This document shows, piece by piece, positions 7,379 to 16,510 of a stretch of DNA of 61,705 nucleotides; within the stretch, counting starts at the first letter, position 1, and each line of letters opens with the position of its first letter. The stretch is from positions 1 to 61,705 of the forward strand of contig QKJV01000332.1 in assembly GCA_003249165.1 (NCBI GenBank), written 5' to 3'. The notes under the pieces were generated by a model. That model worked only from the letters and a program-made list of their open reading frames with translations. It had not been told where the DNA came from and ran no database searches. The DNA comes from Desulfobulbaceae bacterium (GTDB lineage: Bacteria > Desulfobacterota > Desulfobulbia > Desulfobulbales > SURF-16). Made by a program: the position numbers and the translations under genes.

Positions 7379-10300
7379 ACACTTTCGTCCTCCACTCCAA
7401 TTTGACAGCGTACCGTGTAGTTGTCTCCCGTGATGCTAAATTTCGAATTGCAAAAACGATCTTCGCCATCAGCATAATTAAACAAATCTGAGAGTCGATA
7501 GATTTTACGTTCGTCCTCGCTCATTACAGCGGTCACCAAAACCACCTCATATTGTTGCGGGTGTTCTTCTGCAAAGTTCAATTCATTTTCTGTAATTACA
7601 AATGTAATTCCCGTCCCCGCAGTGGACTTAATTTCAACATAAATGGTTTCGCCGTTTGCGTTGGAATACTTAAGGTCGTAACCCAAACCGCCGATACCAT
7701 CAGGATTGATTCCTTCTTTTTTTGCGTTTTCCGAAACCCACATAACATTCTTGAAGGTTGATTTCATTTCTTCATAAACGAGTTTTTCAGCAAAGGCTCC
7801 CCAATCTGAAATATTTCGTTCTCGCTTCATTCCAGCCATGCGGCTTCCATTACGCACTGTGTGACCAGTGTTATTGGCGGAGTTGTTCGGCGGAGCAACA
7901 ACCTTAACCGATATTATAGGTGCGGAAGCTACGGAAGCTGTATTAAAAATCCTCGTTTCTTGTGCTTGTGCATTGTCAATGTCAGTCTTTCTGGCATTAT
8001 AAGCCTTGTTCAATTCTTCAAGATTACCAAAGTACAATAAACTCTCCAACTCCGAATCAACGAGCATATCATTTACAATTGACATATCCTTATCTTGCAC
8101 AAAGATTTCCTTATTCGCTTTCCAAGCCATGTTTGCGTCCTCTTCAGACTCTGACGAAATCACACTCCCAAACTGTTGTGAAAACTCAGCTTCCCAATCG
8201 TAATTAATGCTATTTGCAGGGTTAAAAGCGAATGTCTTGTATTTATCCAATTGCTTTAAGAATGTGCGTTGCACGCTAACAGGCTCGTTTTTAAGCATTG
8301 CAAACAATCCGTTTTTATATGAATTACTTTCATCATTTGCCCGTTTTTGTAAACACTCAAGATAAAAAGGAGTCAAGTCTACGATGACCTCGGATTTTTC
8401 ATTGAAATCATCAACATCAACTTTTAAGCCGCGTAAGACATTAATAAGTGACACTGCATTTGCCGTTGAGTTAAAATCAGCAAAATTTATAGAGTCAATG
8501 TCAGGTTCAATTGATGCAGTGCTGTCCTCACCAGCAATAAGAATGCAAGCCGAAAGAAACATTTCTTTTTCTGATTGTGTACGATTGAGGATATCACGAG
8601 ACCTTTCGAGAATGCTTAAATCATCATAATCGTGCAAGATTAAAGCGTTCCGATTGTGCGGTTCCTTCTCATATAAGGAGCGTACATATCCGAAAAGAGT
8701 GTCGTCCTGAATATCAATAGCCGTCATAAAAAGTTCAGCAATTGCGGAACAGAAGTCCACATTACTTTTTAGCTGTTTCAAACTTCCACCATTTCTTGGA
8801 GTCTGAACATAAACACAGTTTCTACCCCTGATATATGAACTGTCAGCTAATACAACCTCGCCTTTTCCGTAGTCGGCTTTTATGTAGGTACACAAACGAA
8901 CCTTCAACGCCTTCACGGTAGAGATTTCACTTTGCTTTGCAGTATCGACACGCGAGCAAAAAGCATAACAAATGAAATCGTTAAAATCTTGTTCAAAGGC
9001 AATGCTCTCTGGGTGAATGGCTGGCTCTCCGATTACAGACCCCTTGACCTTTAATGGCGACACGCCAAAATATCTCTTGATATTTTCTTGGCTTTGTCTG
9101 CTTGGTATGGCAATCAAGTTAAAGTCCTTTAGTATTTCACGACTTACCGTCTTTTCATTGAGATAGTGAACATCCTTTATTGCCACATATGTTTTTGAGG
9201 ATTTACAATACACATTTCCACTTTGTAAAAACTCGCGACATTTTGCGTTATTAGGATCGAAGTTCCTCAGACCACCTGACTTTAAAATAGATGTATAAAG
9301 AGCCTTGCTTATCTCGCCACCTTCATCAGCTTCAGGCAATGCCAATAACAATGAATATAGCGTTCCTGTGTCTAAGTCTGAATAGTCTGATGCAACGCCT
9401 ATCTGCTCCAAAATATCCTGGACGGCATTTGTTTCTGCGATTCTGCGGTTATGATTGTCGATAAAGAAGTCCAAATTAGGCGCGACAACTATGGGAGCAA
9501 ATAATGTGCCAATTTTACTCACAAACAAACATTGCTTCGGAGAATATCGGACACCCTCAACCTCTATCCAATTGCTTGTTGCAAAGGTAAAACGAAGGTG
9601 CGAAGCTAACTGCTCGCCGCTGATAGCTCTAAATTTTTGTTGATATAAATTATCGACGTAAGCACGGCTTGTGCTTGGCTCATAATCAGATAGCAATTGT
9701 CGGAGATTCTCATCATGTCGAATCCAATCAATTATGCTTTTGGTATTTGCTTTCTCAAGAATTTCATCAAGACGTTCAACCGTAACAATTTCTACGTATC
9801 TGAGAGTTGCACTGCGAAATTCCTGTTCGTTATGATACCGGTTGTCCTCTGCGAGCAGCGGGTATTTTTTTATACTTGTATATATGAGTTCTCTATAAGC
9901 CTCTGGTATTGAACGAATTGTTATTTTAGTTTTTCGCGGGAACTGGGCAACGCCTAACGCCGACAAAAATTCTCTATACTGCTGTTTTGTCAATTCGGTT
10001 AAGGCTATTCGCTTGGGTATTGAAACAAAAAGGCCATCGTTGCTATCAAACAAATTTTCAGTTACTTCATTATCGAACTCTTTCCCGAAATATAATTCGT
10101 TTGCGTTTTTCGCTTCGCCTTTACGATTTATCAATGGAATCGTCGTTAATGCAGACATTTCGTTTTTCAAAACGTTGGCTTTCCATAGCTTCCATAACCA
10201 CTCGACAGTGTCTTCATAGCACCCTCTGGTTTTCTTACTCGTTTGGTGTGCACGGCTTCTTAAGCGAGATATGACCGCGTTAATAATGTTTCCAAGGTTA

Positions 10301-11964
10301 TATTCACGAACATTGAATTTCGAGAGTTCAATGGCAAGGCCTCTCAATGTGTTTTCTTTCCCCTGCAAGTCGCGTAAAGCACTCACGAGGTCTTTATTCA
10401 TGAAAACGATTTTCGTAAAATCAGGTGGAGAAGAAAAGTCAACAGTTTCTGCTGGTAAGAATACTTGTTGACCATTGGTTACAGCATTGCCGCTACTATC
10501 CAATACAAAATGAGGCTTATTCTCTGAGGAAATCTCGTTACGGTACTCATTGATAAACGTAAGCCATAAAGCTGCCCTCTCTCGGATTTGAAGAGTCGGT
10601 AAAATAGAATTGATTCCCGTCGTTATCTCACTGTATTGATACCGCATACCTACTTTTCTATGCTTTGCAATGGATTTAATCATCGTTCTTATCGCAGTAT
10701 TATCCGTTGGAGGCATTAGTGACGAGAATGCATCTCCACTTAAAAAATCCGCAATATTGCTATCATAGAATCGCGGTTTTTCAGCAAATGTAATATATTT
10801 GTTGCCCACAGTAGGAAAAACATTGCTCGCAGCAACTGCTTCAAGATAATAGTCTTTGATAACGAAGTCGTCCCAACTCAAGTCAATTGGGAAATCCCCT
10901 ACCGTTGATAGCAAGGCGAGCGGGGCGTAATTAATGCTTTCAGTGGTTGTTATCAATGCAAGATCAACAAGCGTATCACAAATAACTTTGAGTATATGCT
11001 TATTAGCCTCTGTTTCATCGAGGTGGTTTCTGTCTGCATTTAAGTCAAACGTTGCATGAGCGAGAGCATGGACAGGAAATTGTACCTTTGTCTTGAAATA
11101 GCTGTATAAAACGTCCGGAACAACAGACATATCCTCTTTGTAGGCGACCATCACGCCATATTTTTGTTTCTTAAAACTGCCCTCTCGGGATAGGATAGAC
11201 CAATTGTCGGTTTCAACGGTTTCGCCATTTCTGTTTGTCATAATATGTATATCGATAATACCATTTTCACGTTTGGAAGGGTTTTTTTTATAAACAAAAA
11301 CATTCCCACTATATTCTATCGTCAGTTTCTCCAGCTTCTCTAAAAACAGAAGGGTTTTTGAATTGATTTGTTGTAGCTGACCAATAACTTTTCCAACAAC
11401 ATCAGATTTCAATTCGACCTCGATTACTGTGTCATATTCTTTATTATGCAAGGGCGAAATTAATCGAGGAGCAACAAGTGTCGCAATCTGCACATCATCA
11501 TATGTTTTACAAAACTCAGCAACATCATCATTTTCAAGCAATTCAACCAGCGTTTCACGAGCATAGAATTCGGAAAATTCAACGGACAAATCACCACTAT
11601 AAATGCGGACACGGTCTGCCCAGTTTAGTATGGAACGAAACCCAGTACCTTTATTGCCGATATATTCATTTTTGTTGTGCTTCGGGCTGAGATTTGAATA
11701 CATCAATGAAATAAAACCATCAAAAGTGAATACGCTTCCATTATTGCTTATTATCAGTATATTATCTTTCAAAACAATAGAAACAGAGCGGTCATCTGTA
11801 CCGCCGAGTTCGTCGACTGCGTTTTGAAGCAGTTCTAATAGTTCCCGACCATGATAACCGCGAATTTCAGCCGTTTCTTTTCTGTAATCCGATAATATAA
11901 GGTTAGGGTCAAGAATATAACCTTTTTTCCTAATCTCTATTTGACGTGCCACTTTATCGTTCAT
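7375..11964 (-). CDS. giant GHKL (sacsin/Hsp90-like) ATPase with C-terminal DUF3883 restriction-endonuclease-like domain
   Basis: 1529 aa. Bergerat N-box E44-LLQ-N48-AV-D51, ISNNGSVF, GNKGTGFRS. C-terminus GLGYDLKYSNANGETIYVEIKST..FVITENELNFAEEHPQQYEVVLV (D..E-x-K style core). Confidence 0.75.
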   Translation of the reverse strand: MNDKVARQIEIRKKGYILDPNLILSDYRKETAEIRGYHGRELLELLQNAVDELGGTDDRSVSIVLKDNILIISNNGSVFTFDGFISLMYSNLSPKHNKNEYIGNKGTGFRSILNWADRVRIYSGDLSVEFSEFYARETLVELLENDDVAEFCKTYDDVQIATLVAPRLISPLHNKEYDTVIEVELKSDVVGKVIGQLQQINSKTLLFLEKLEKLTIEYSGNVFVYKKNPSKRENGIIDIHIMTNRNGETVETDNWSILSREGSFKKQKYGVMVAYKEDMSVVPDVLYSYFKTKVQFPVHALAHATFDLNADRNHLDETEANKHILKVICDTLVDLALITTTESINYAPLALLSTVGDFPIDLSWDDFVIKDYYLEAVAASNVFPTVGNKYITFAEKPRFYDSNIADFLSGDAFSSLMPPTDNTAIRTMIKSIAKHRKVGMRYQYSEITTGINSILPTLQIRERAALWLTFINEYRNEISSENKPHFVLDSSGNAVTNGQQVFLPAETVDFSSPPDFTKIVFMNKDLVSALRDLQGKENTLRGLAIELSKFNVREYNLGNIINAVISRLRSRAHQTSKKTRGCYEDTVEWLWKLWKANVLKNEMSALTTIPLINRKGEAKNANELYFGKEFDNEVTENLFDSNDGLFVSIPKRIALTELTKQQYREFLSALGVAQFPRKTKITIRSIPEAYRELIYTSIKKYPLLAEDNRYHNEQEFRSATLRYVEIVTVERLDEILEKANTKSIIDWIRHDENLRQLLSDYEPSTSRAYVDNLYQQKFRAISGEQLASHLRFTFATSNWIEVEGVRYSPKQCLFVSKIGTLFAPIVVAPNLDFFIDNHNRRIAETNAVQDILEQIGVASDYSDLDTGTLYSLLLALPEADEGGEISKALYTSILKSGGLRNFDPNNAKCREFLQSGNVYCKSSKTYVAIKDVHYLNEKTVSREILKDFNLIAIPSRQSQENIKRYFGVSPLKVKGSVIGEPAIHPESIAFEQDFNDFICYAFCSRVDTAKQSEISTVKALKVRLCTYIKADYGKGEVVLADSSYIRGRNCVYVQTPRNGGSLKQLKSNVDFCSAIAELFMTAIDIQDDTLFGYVRSLYEKEPHNRNALILHDYDDLSILERSRDILNRTQSEKEMFLSACILIAGEDSTASIEPDIDSINFADFNSTANAVSLINVLRGLKVDVDDFNEKSEVIVDLTPFYLECLQKRANDESNSYKNGLFAMLKNEPVSVQRTFLKQLDKYKTFAFNPANSINYDWEAEFSQQFGSVISSESEEDANMAWKANKEIFVQDKDMSIVNDMLVDSELESLLYFGNLEELNKAYNARKTDIDNAQAQETRIFNTASVASAPIISVKVVAPPNNSANNTGHTVRNGSRMAGMKRERNISDWGAFAEKLVYEEMKSTFKNVMWVSENAKKEGINPDGIGGLGYDLKYSNANGETIYVEIKSTAGTGITFVITENELNFAEEHPQQYEVVLVTAVMSEDERKIYRLSDLFNYADGEDRFCNSKFSITGDNYTVRCQIGVEDESV

Positions 11965-12131
11965 TTATACGTTCTCCAAACCCTTTTTTACCGTTCTTTT
12001 ATTGATATTAACGCTCACAGAACATCCTGCATTTCCCACTGAGCGGACAGCCCTCGCAGAACGGCTTCTTCCAGTAATGCTCCTTAGCATTTATCGCGCT
12101 AAGTGAGCAGTTTATAATCATATATTTTGGT

Positions 12132-15125
12132 TTAAATTTTCGGCTGTTCGGAAGTGCCCCCCGGCTTATATGTCGAGTTAAAAACCATATCAAGCAGCCA
12201 CTTCTTAAAAGACTGATTGTTGCTGTTTCTCATATCATCTTGAAATGCGGTATACAATTCCATTCCGCTCGACATGGTTTTCAAAATCGCTTCAAAGACG
12301 GCGCGGTCGCTTTCATCACGGGCATTCTGGGCATCCGAATAACGCATAGCATTCTTATATGCCTCATCCTGTTTTACGATATCCGGCAAGTCTGCGATTT
12401 GCTTCCTGATTTTATCTTCGTCCGTCCAGTCGCAGTTACCCCATATATCATGAAATGTAGCGATGATATTGGACAGGGTATCCATCTCTGGCACTGGAAT
12501 GCCAACGTCGGTCTCTACAGGGATAGCATCGATTTCTGCATCCTCGTCTGCAAGACGAATAGCTACGGTTTCTTGTGCCACAACACGGTAGCTTTCAAGG
12601 TCCACATCCTCTATGATTCTTCTTATATCATTATCGTCAGATTCGGGACTTGGCAACTTTGAGACAAGTAGGTTTAAAAAGATAGACAGCTTCTCCCAAT
12701 CTTGCGAACCATACGGCAGTATAGCAGAGAGAAAGTTATAGGTGCGCACAAAGGTCTTGGCACTACTTTTGAAGGCAATTTGGTCTTCAAGATCGAGTGC
12801 CCTATAATTTTCCACACAAGCATCTATAATTGGGTCAAGTTTATCTCGCTCCGCATTGTTCAGATACAGACCTACGAAGGTATCAATCTGTTGCTGTGTA
12901 TAGACTTGCATCGGTTCCATTGTTTCAATAAGATCGTTCAGCTTGTTGGCGTCGGTTTCTCCAGAGAGGACAGTGGTCTTATAATAACGTTCAAACGCAT
13001 TCTGAATATCAGTAGGGTCATTTGCAAAATCCAGAACAAAAACATCATTCTTGCCGCTACAGCACCTGTTAAGGCGAGAAAGGGTCTGAACAGCCTTGAT
13101 GTCCGCCAACCCCTTGTCCACATACATTGTGTGAAGCAGCGGTTCATCATAGCCCGTCTGGAATTTATCTGCGACCACAAGAATGCGATAGGGATCGCGC
13201 TTAAATTTTTTCTCAATCTGTGCACTTGGAAACCCATTGATTTTTGCCTCGTTCAGGGTTTCTCCGTTGTAGTTTGAATCTCCAGAGAATGCAATTACCG
13301 CCTTGTACTGACTTCTTCTCTCATTCAGCGCTTTGGTAATTGCCATATAATATTCGATAGCTCGGTGAATGCTGCTGGTTACAACCATAGCACGTCCTTG
13401 CCCGTTAATCTTGTTCTTGACCGAGTTGTGGAAATGCTCCACGATTATACCCGCTTTTTCTTTGATGGCATATTCCTGATTTTCAACATATGTCCGTAAA
13501 ATGCTTTGCGCCCGCTTTTTATCAAAGAGCGGGTCATCTTCAGCCGTTTTCACAATGTGATAAAAACTATGATATGGTGTATAATATTTCAGAACATCAA
13601 GAATGAACTTTTCCTCAATGGCCTGTTTCATCGTATAAATATAGTGAGGCTCAGATTTCTTTGTGCCGTCCTCGTTTAATATAGAATTACCGTTTCCGTC
13701 TACAACGGTCTTGCCAAACATTTCTAAGGTTTTGTTTTTTGGCGTTGCAGTAAAAGCAAAGTAGCTGGCGTTCCTCGCCATCCGCTTTCCTTCAATTAGG
13801 CTGTTGATTTTATCCTCCAGTTCGTCATTATCATTGTAAACATTACCGGAAAGGACGATGTTCATCTTAGCAGATAGACTTCCGTTCTGGCTGGAATGCG
13901 CCTCATCAATGATGATGGCAAATTTCTTATTCTTGTGAACATCGGTAATATCACCCAAAATAAACTGAAATTTATGTACGATCGTAATAATTACGCGCTT
14001 GCCTTCGTCTAAAAGCCGTCGCAGCTCCGAAGAGTCTTTTGCCCAGCCGACTGTGGCGGATACCTGCATAAACTGATGAATAGTGTTCTTTATCTGCTTA
14101 TCAAGGTTGATACGATCGGTAACGACAATGACGGTGTCAAACACTTGCCCGTCTGCGTTCTTCAGCGTAACGAGCTGGTGAGCAAGCCATGCGATAGAAT
14201 TGGATTTGCCGGAACCAGCGCTGTGCTGAATGAGATAACGATGCCCCGCCCCGTCTCTTGATGCATCGAATAGCAGCGATTTTACGACATTCAGCTGATG
14301 ATAACGCGGGAATATTTGCTTATAGTACTTTTTCCCAGTATCCTCGTCCTTTTCTTCTACAACCTGAGCATAATTTTCAAGAATATTCGACAGTTCTGCT
14401 TTTGTCAGAATATCCTTCCAGAGGTAATCCGTTTTTATGCCTTCTGGATTTGGAGGATTTCCGGCGCCGTCATTATAACCCTTGTTAAATGGTAGGAAGA
14501 AGGATCTGTCACCCTTCAGTTCTGTACACATACGGATTTCGTTATCATCTACAGCGAAATGCACCAGGCAACGTTTGAAGCTGAAAATCAGCTCCGAGGG
14601 CAGCCTGTCTTTTTTATATTGAGCTTCCGCATCTGATGCGTTTTGCTTTGTGAACTGATTTTTCAACTCAAAGGTCATAATGGGAAGACCGTTGATGAAC
14701 AGAGCCATATCCAGGGCAAGGCGACCATACTCTTTGGAATACTGTAGCTGCCGTGTGACACTAAAAATGTTCTTGTTATACAAGGCTTCTGCCTCACGGT
14801 TTCCAGCAGAAGGCAGAACCATGTACAATTCCAAAGTACGATGCTTGTATTTAAAACCTTTACGTAAAATCTCGACAACGCCGGAATCGGACAGCTTTTT
14901 GCTGAGACGGTCAAGAAACTTCTTCTTTTCCGCATCCGATTCCAGAATGCGCAGTTCGTCTATATATTCCTTCTGTGTATCATTTAAAAATCGGAACAGT
15001 CGCGTTTCGTCAATAGCATACTCCTGATTGTAATCAGTGCTTGTCCCTTGCTCGTAATTATTTTGGGTTACGAGCCAATTGACAATAAGGGTTTCAAAGC
15101 CATTTTCCCTGGTATTGGTGGGCAT
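12132..15125 (-). CDS. hsdR: type I restriction endonuclease subunit R
   Basis: 997 aa. Walker A HSAGSGKSNS, DEAH box IIDEAHSSQ. The start overlaps the hsdS stop by 1 nt (TAATG). Confidence 0.9.
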   Translation of the reverse strand: MPTNTRENGFETLIVNWLVTQNNYEQGTSTDYNQEYAIDETRLFRFLNDTQKEYIDELRILESDAEKKKFLDRLSKKLSDSGVVEILRKGFKYKHRTLELYMVLPSAGNREAEALYNKNIFSVTRQLQYSKEYGRLALDMALFINGLPIMTFELKNQFTKQNASDAEAQYKKDRLPSELIFSFKRCLVHFAVDDNEIRMCTELKGDRSFFLPFNKGYNDGAGNPPNPEGIKTDYLWKDILTKAELSNILENYAQVVEEKDEDTGKKYYKQIFPRYHQLNVVKSLLFDASRDGAGHRYLIQHSAGSGKSNSIAWLAHQLVTLKNADGQVFDTVIVVTDRINLDKQIKNTIHQFMQVSATVGWAKDSSELRRLLDEGKRVIITIVHKFQFILGDITDVHKNKKFAIIIDEAHSSQNGSLSAKMNIVLSGNVYNDNDELEDKINSLIEGKRMARNASYFAFTATPKNKTLEMFGKTVVDGNGNSILNEDGTKKSEPHYIYTMKQAIEEKFILDVLKYYTPYHSFYHIVKTAEDDPLFDKKRAQSILRTYVENQEYAIKEKAGIIVEHFHNSVKNKINGQGRAMVVTSSIHRAIEYYMAITKALNERRSQYKAVIAFSGDSNYNGETLNEAKINGFPSAQIEKKFKRDPYRILVVADKFQTGYDEPLLHTMYVDKGLADIKAVQTLSRLNRCCSGKNDVFVLDFANDPTDIQNAFERYYKTTVLSGETDANKLNDLIETMEPMQVYTQQQIDTFVGLYLNNAERDKLDPIIDACVENYRALDLEDQIAFKSSAKTFVRTYNFLSAILPYGSQDWEKLSIFLNLLVSKLPSPESDDNDIRRIIEDVDLESYRVVAQETVAIRLADEDAEIDAIPVETDVGIPVPEMDTLSNIIATFHDIWGNCDWTDEDKIRKQIADLPDIVKQDEAYKNAMRYSDAQNARDESDRAVFEAILKTMSSGMELYTAFQDDMRNSNNQSFKKWLLDMVFNSTYKPGGTSEQPKI

Positions 15126-16510
15126 TATTCATCAACCTCCTCATCTGAAGTTTCATCGATTTCCCCCTCGGATTCTTCATCCGGCTCTTCTTCGTCTATG
15201 ATATCATCAGCTTCCGGCTCATATTGCGGAACTTCGACATTTCGGACATCCACTTTGCCGGTCACAACGTCTGAGATGGTTCTGGTACGGAGTTCTTGAA
15301 CACAAGATATTTCTTTATAAAGAGCATCAATCAATGCATCAATTTCTGCAGTTTTTGAGGGAATTGACTTAAGAATTTCCTTCTGTTCTTCCTCAGGAGG
15401 AACAAAAAACGGAATATGCTTCATTTTTTGCATCGACAAATCCCACTGTCCAATGCGTATTCCGTCCGAAAATTGAGCGAAGAAATTTACATAAACGCGG
15501 CTACGCATTGCAAAATGAAAGAATTCCTTGTTAGGAAAACGTAAATTAAAAACAAAATATGCAGGACTAACAATGCCATCATATTCTGAAACCCCATATG
15601 AGCCTTGCCACGCCTTCATTTTATTTATTACAAACTGTCCCTTGCGAACCAGCTTATATCCACTCAAATCATCAGGGATATAATTGTGATTAGTATCATA
15701 ATTGTCGACATCACGTTGTATGACTCCTTGCTCTCTGGTTACAGATAAAAGTAGCATTTCTGGATGATTTTTTTCACTGACTGAAAATAGAAACTGCCTT
15801 AATGAGCAGATATTCCAGTGAGCTGGAATCTGTGGCAACCATTCTATACCGGTGTCTTTCATTGGTACGTCATCATGAAGACCACGAGTTACAGCTCGAT
15901 TTACAATAGCTTTTTTGAGTTCAAGTAATCGTCTGATTTCACGCTTTTTCTCCTTGATGAAATGCACCATCTCCGCGATTTTCCAATCAAGGAAACGGAC
16001 AATCTGGTCTTGTTCTGGACGTGGCGGGGTGGCTAAGACTGTTCTCTTTAAGTAAGGAACAAATATCTGCCTTTGTATTGAACCAACACCCTTTGAAGCT
16101 AAAACGAACTGGTCAACCACGTCTTTATCACGAACCATATAATTTAAAAAATCAGAATTGATTTCAGTACGAGGCTTTAGAATATAGTATGCAGGGCTTA
16201 TGATTCCACGATATTTAGAAACGCCAACAGATCCACGCCAAGCCTGTTGGTTGTTTAATACGAAATCACCGACTTCTACCAACTGATACTTTGACATATC
16301 CTCGCTTGGCTTATGAACCTGTTTTTGGGAAGTAGAAGCGTAACTAACGACCCCTTTATCCAAAAATACCGACAAGAGTTCTTCATCAGAATTATTTTGA
16401 ACGGATGTAAACTTAAACATCCAAGATAAACGATTTTCTTGCCAATGCGCTGGGATGCTTCGTTCAAATGGGGACATAGATGTTTTATAGTCACAATATG
16501 GACGTAACAT
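15125..16510 (-). CDS. hsdS: type I R-M specificity subunit S
   Basis: 461 aa. Two-half architecture with duplicated blocks (GIISPAYYILKP / GIVSPAYFVFNL). Sits between hsdM and hsdR. Acidic C-terminal tail. Confidence 0.85.
   Translation of the reverse strand: MLRPYCDYKTSMSPFERSIPAHWQENRLSWMFKFTSVQNNSDEELLSVFLDKGVVSYASTSQKQVHKPSEDMSKYQLVEVGDFVLNNQQAWRGSVGVSKYRGIISPAYYILKPRTEINSDFLNYMVRDKDVVDQFVLASKGVGSIQRQIFVPYLKRTVLATPPRPEQDQIVRFLDWKIAEMVHFIKEKKREIRRLLELKKAIVNRAVTRGLHDDVPMKDTGIEWLPQIPAHWNICSLRQFLFSVSEKNHPEMLLLSVTREQGVIQRDVDNYDTNHNYIPDDLSGYKLVRKGQFVINKMKAWQGSYGVSEYDGIVSPAYFVFNLRFPNKEFFHFAMRSRVYVNFFAQFSDGIRIGQWDLSMQKMKHIPFFVPPEEEQKEILKSIPSKTAEIDALIDALYKEISCVQELRTRTISDVVTGKVDVRNVEVPQYEPEADDIIDEEEPDEESEGEIDETSDEEVDE

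Noticed and set aside
12008-12121. 37-aa Cys-rich ORF (MIINCSLSAINAKEHYWKKPFCEGCPLSGKCRMFCER) in the hsdR-GHKL gap
   Set aside because: No convincing RBS, very short, and its longer version overlaps the hsdR end. It cannot be supported without expression or conservation data.
15125-15250. Highly acidic C-terminal tail of HsdS (..EPEADDIIDEEEPDEESEGEIDETSDEEVDE) as a DNA-mimic module
   Set aside because: From memory, similar acidic tails occur on S subunits of this family in Firmicutes. Nothing in the sequence indicates a separate function.
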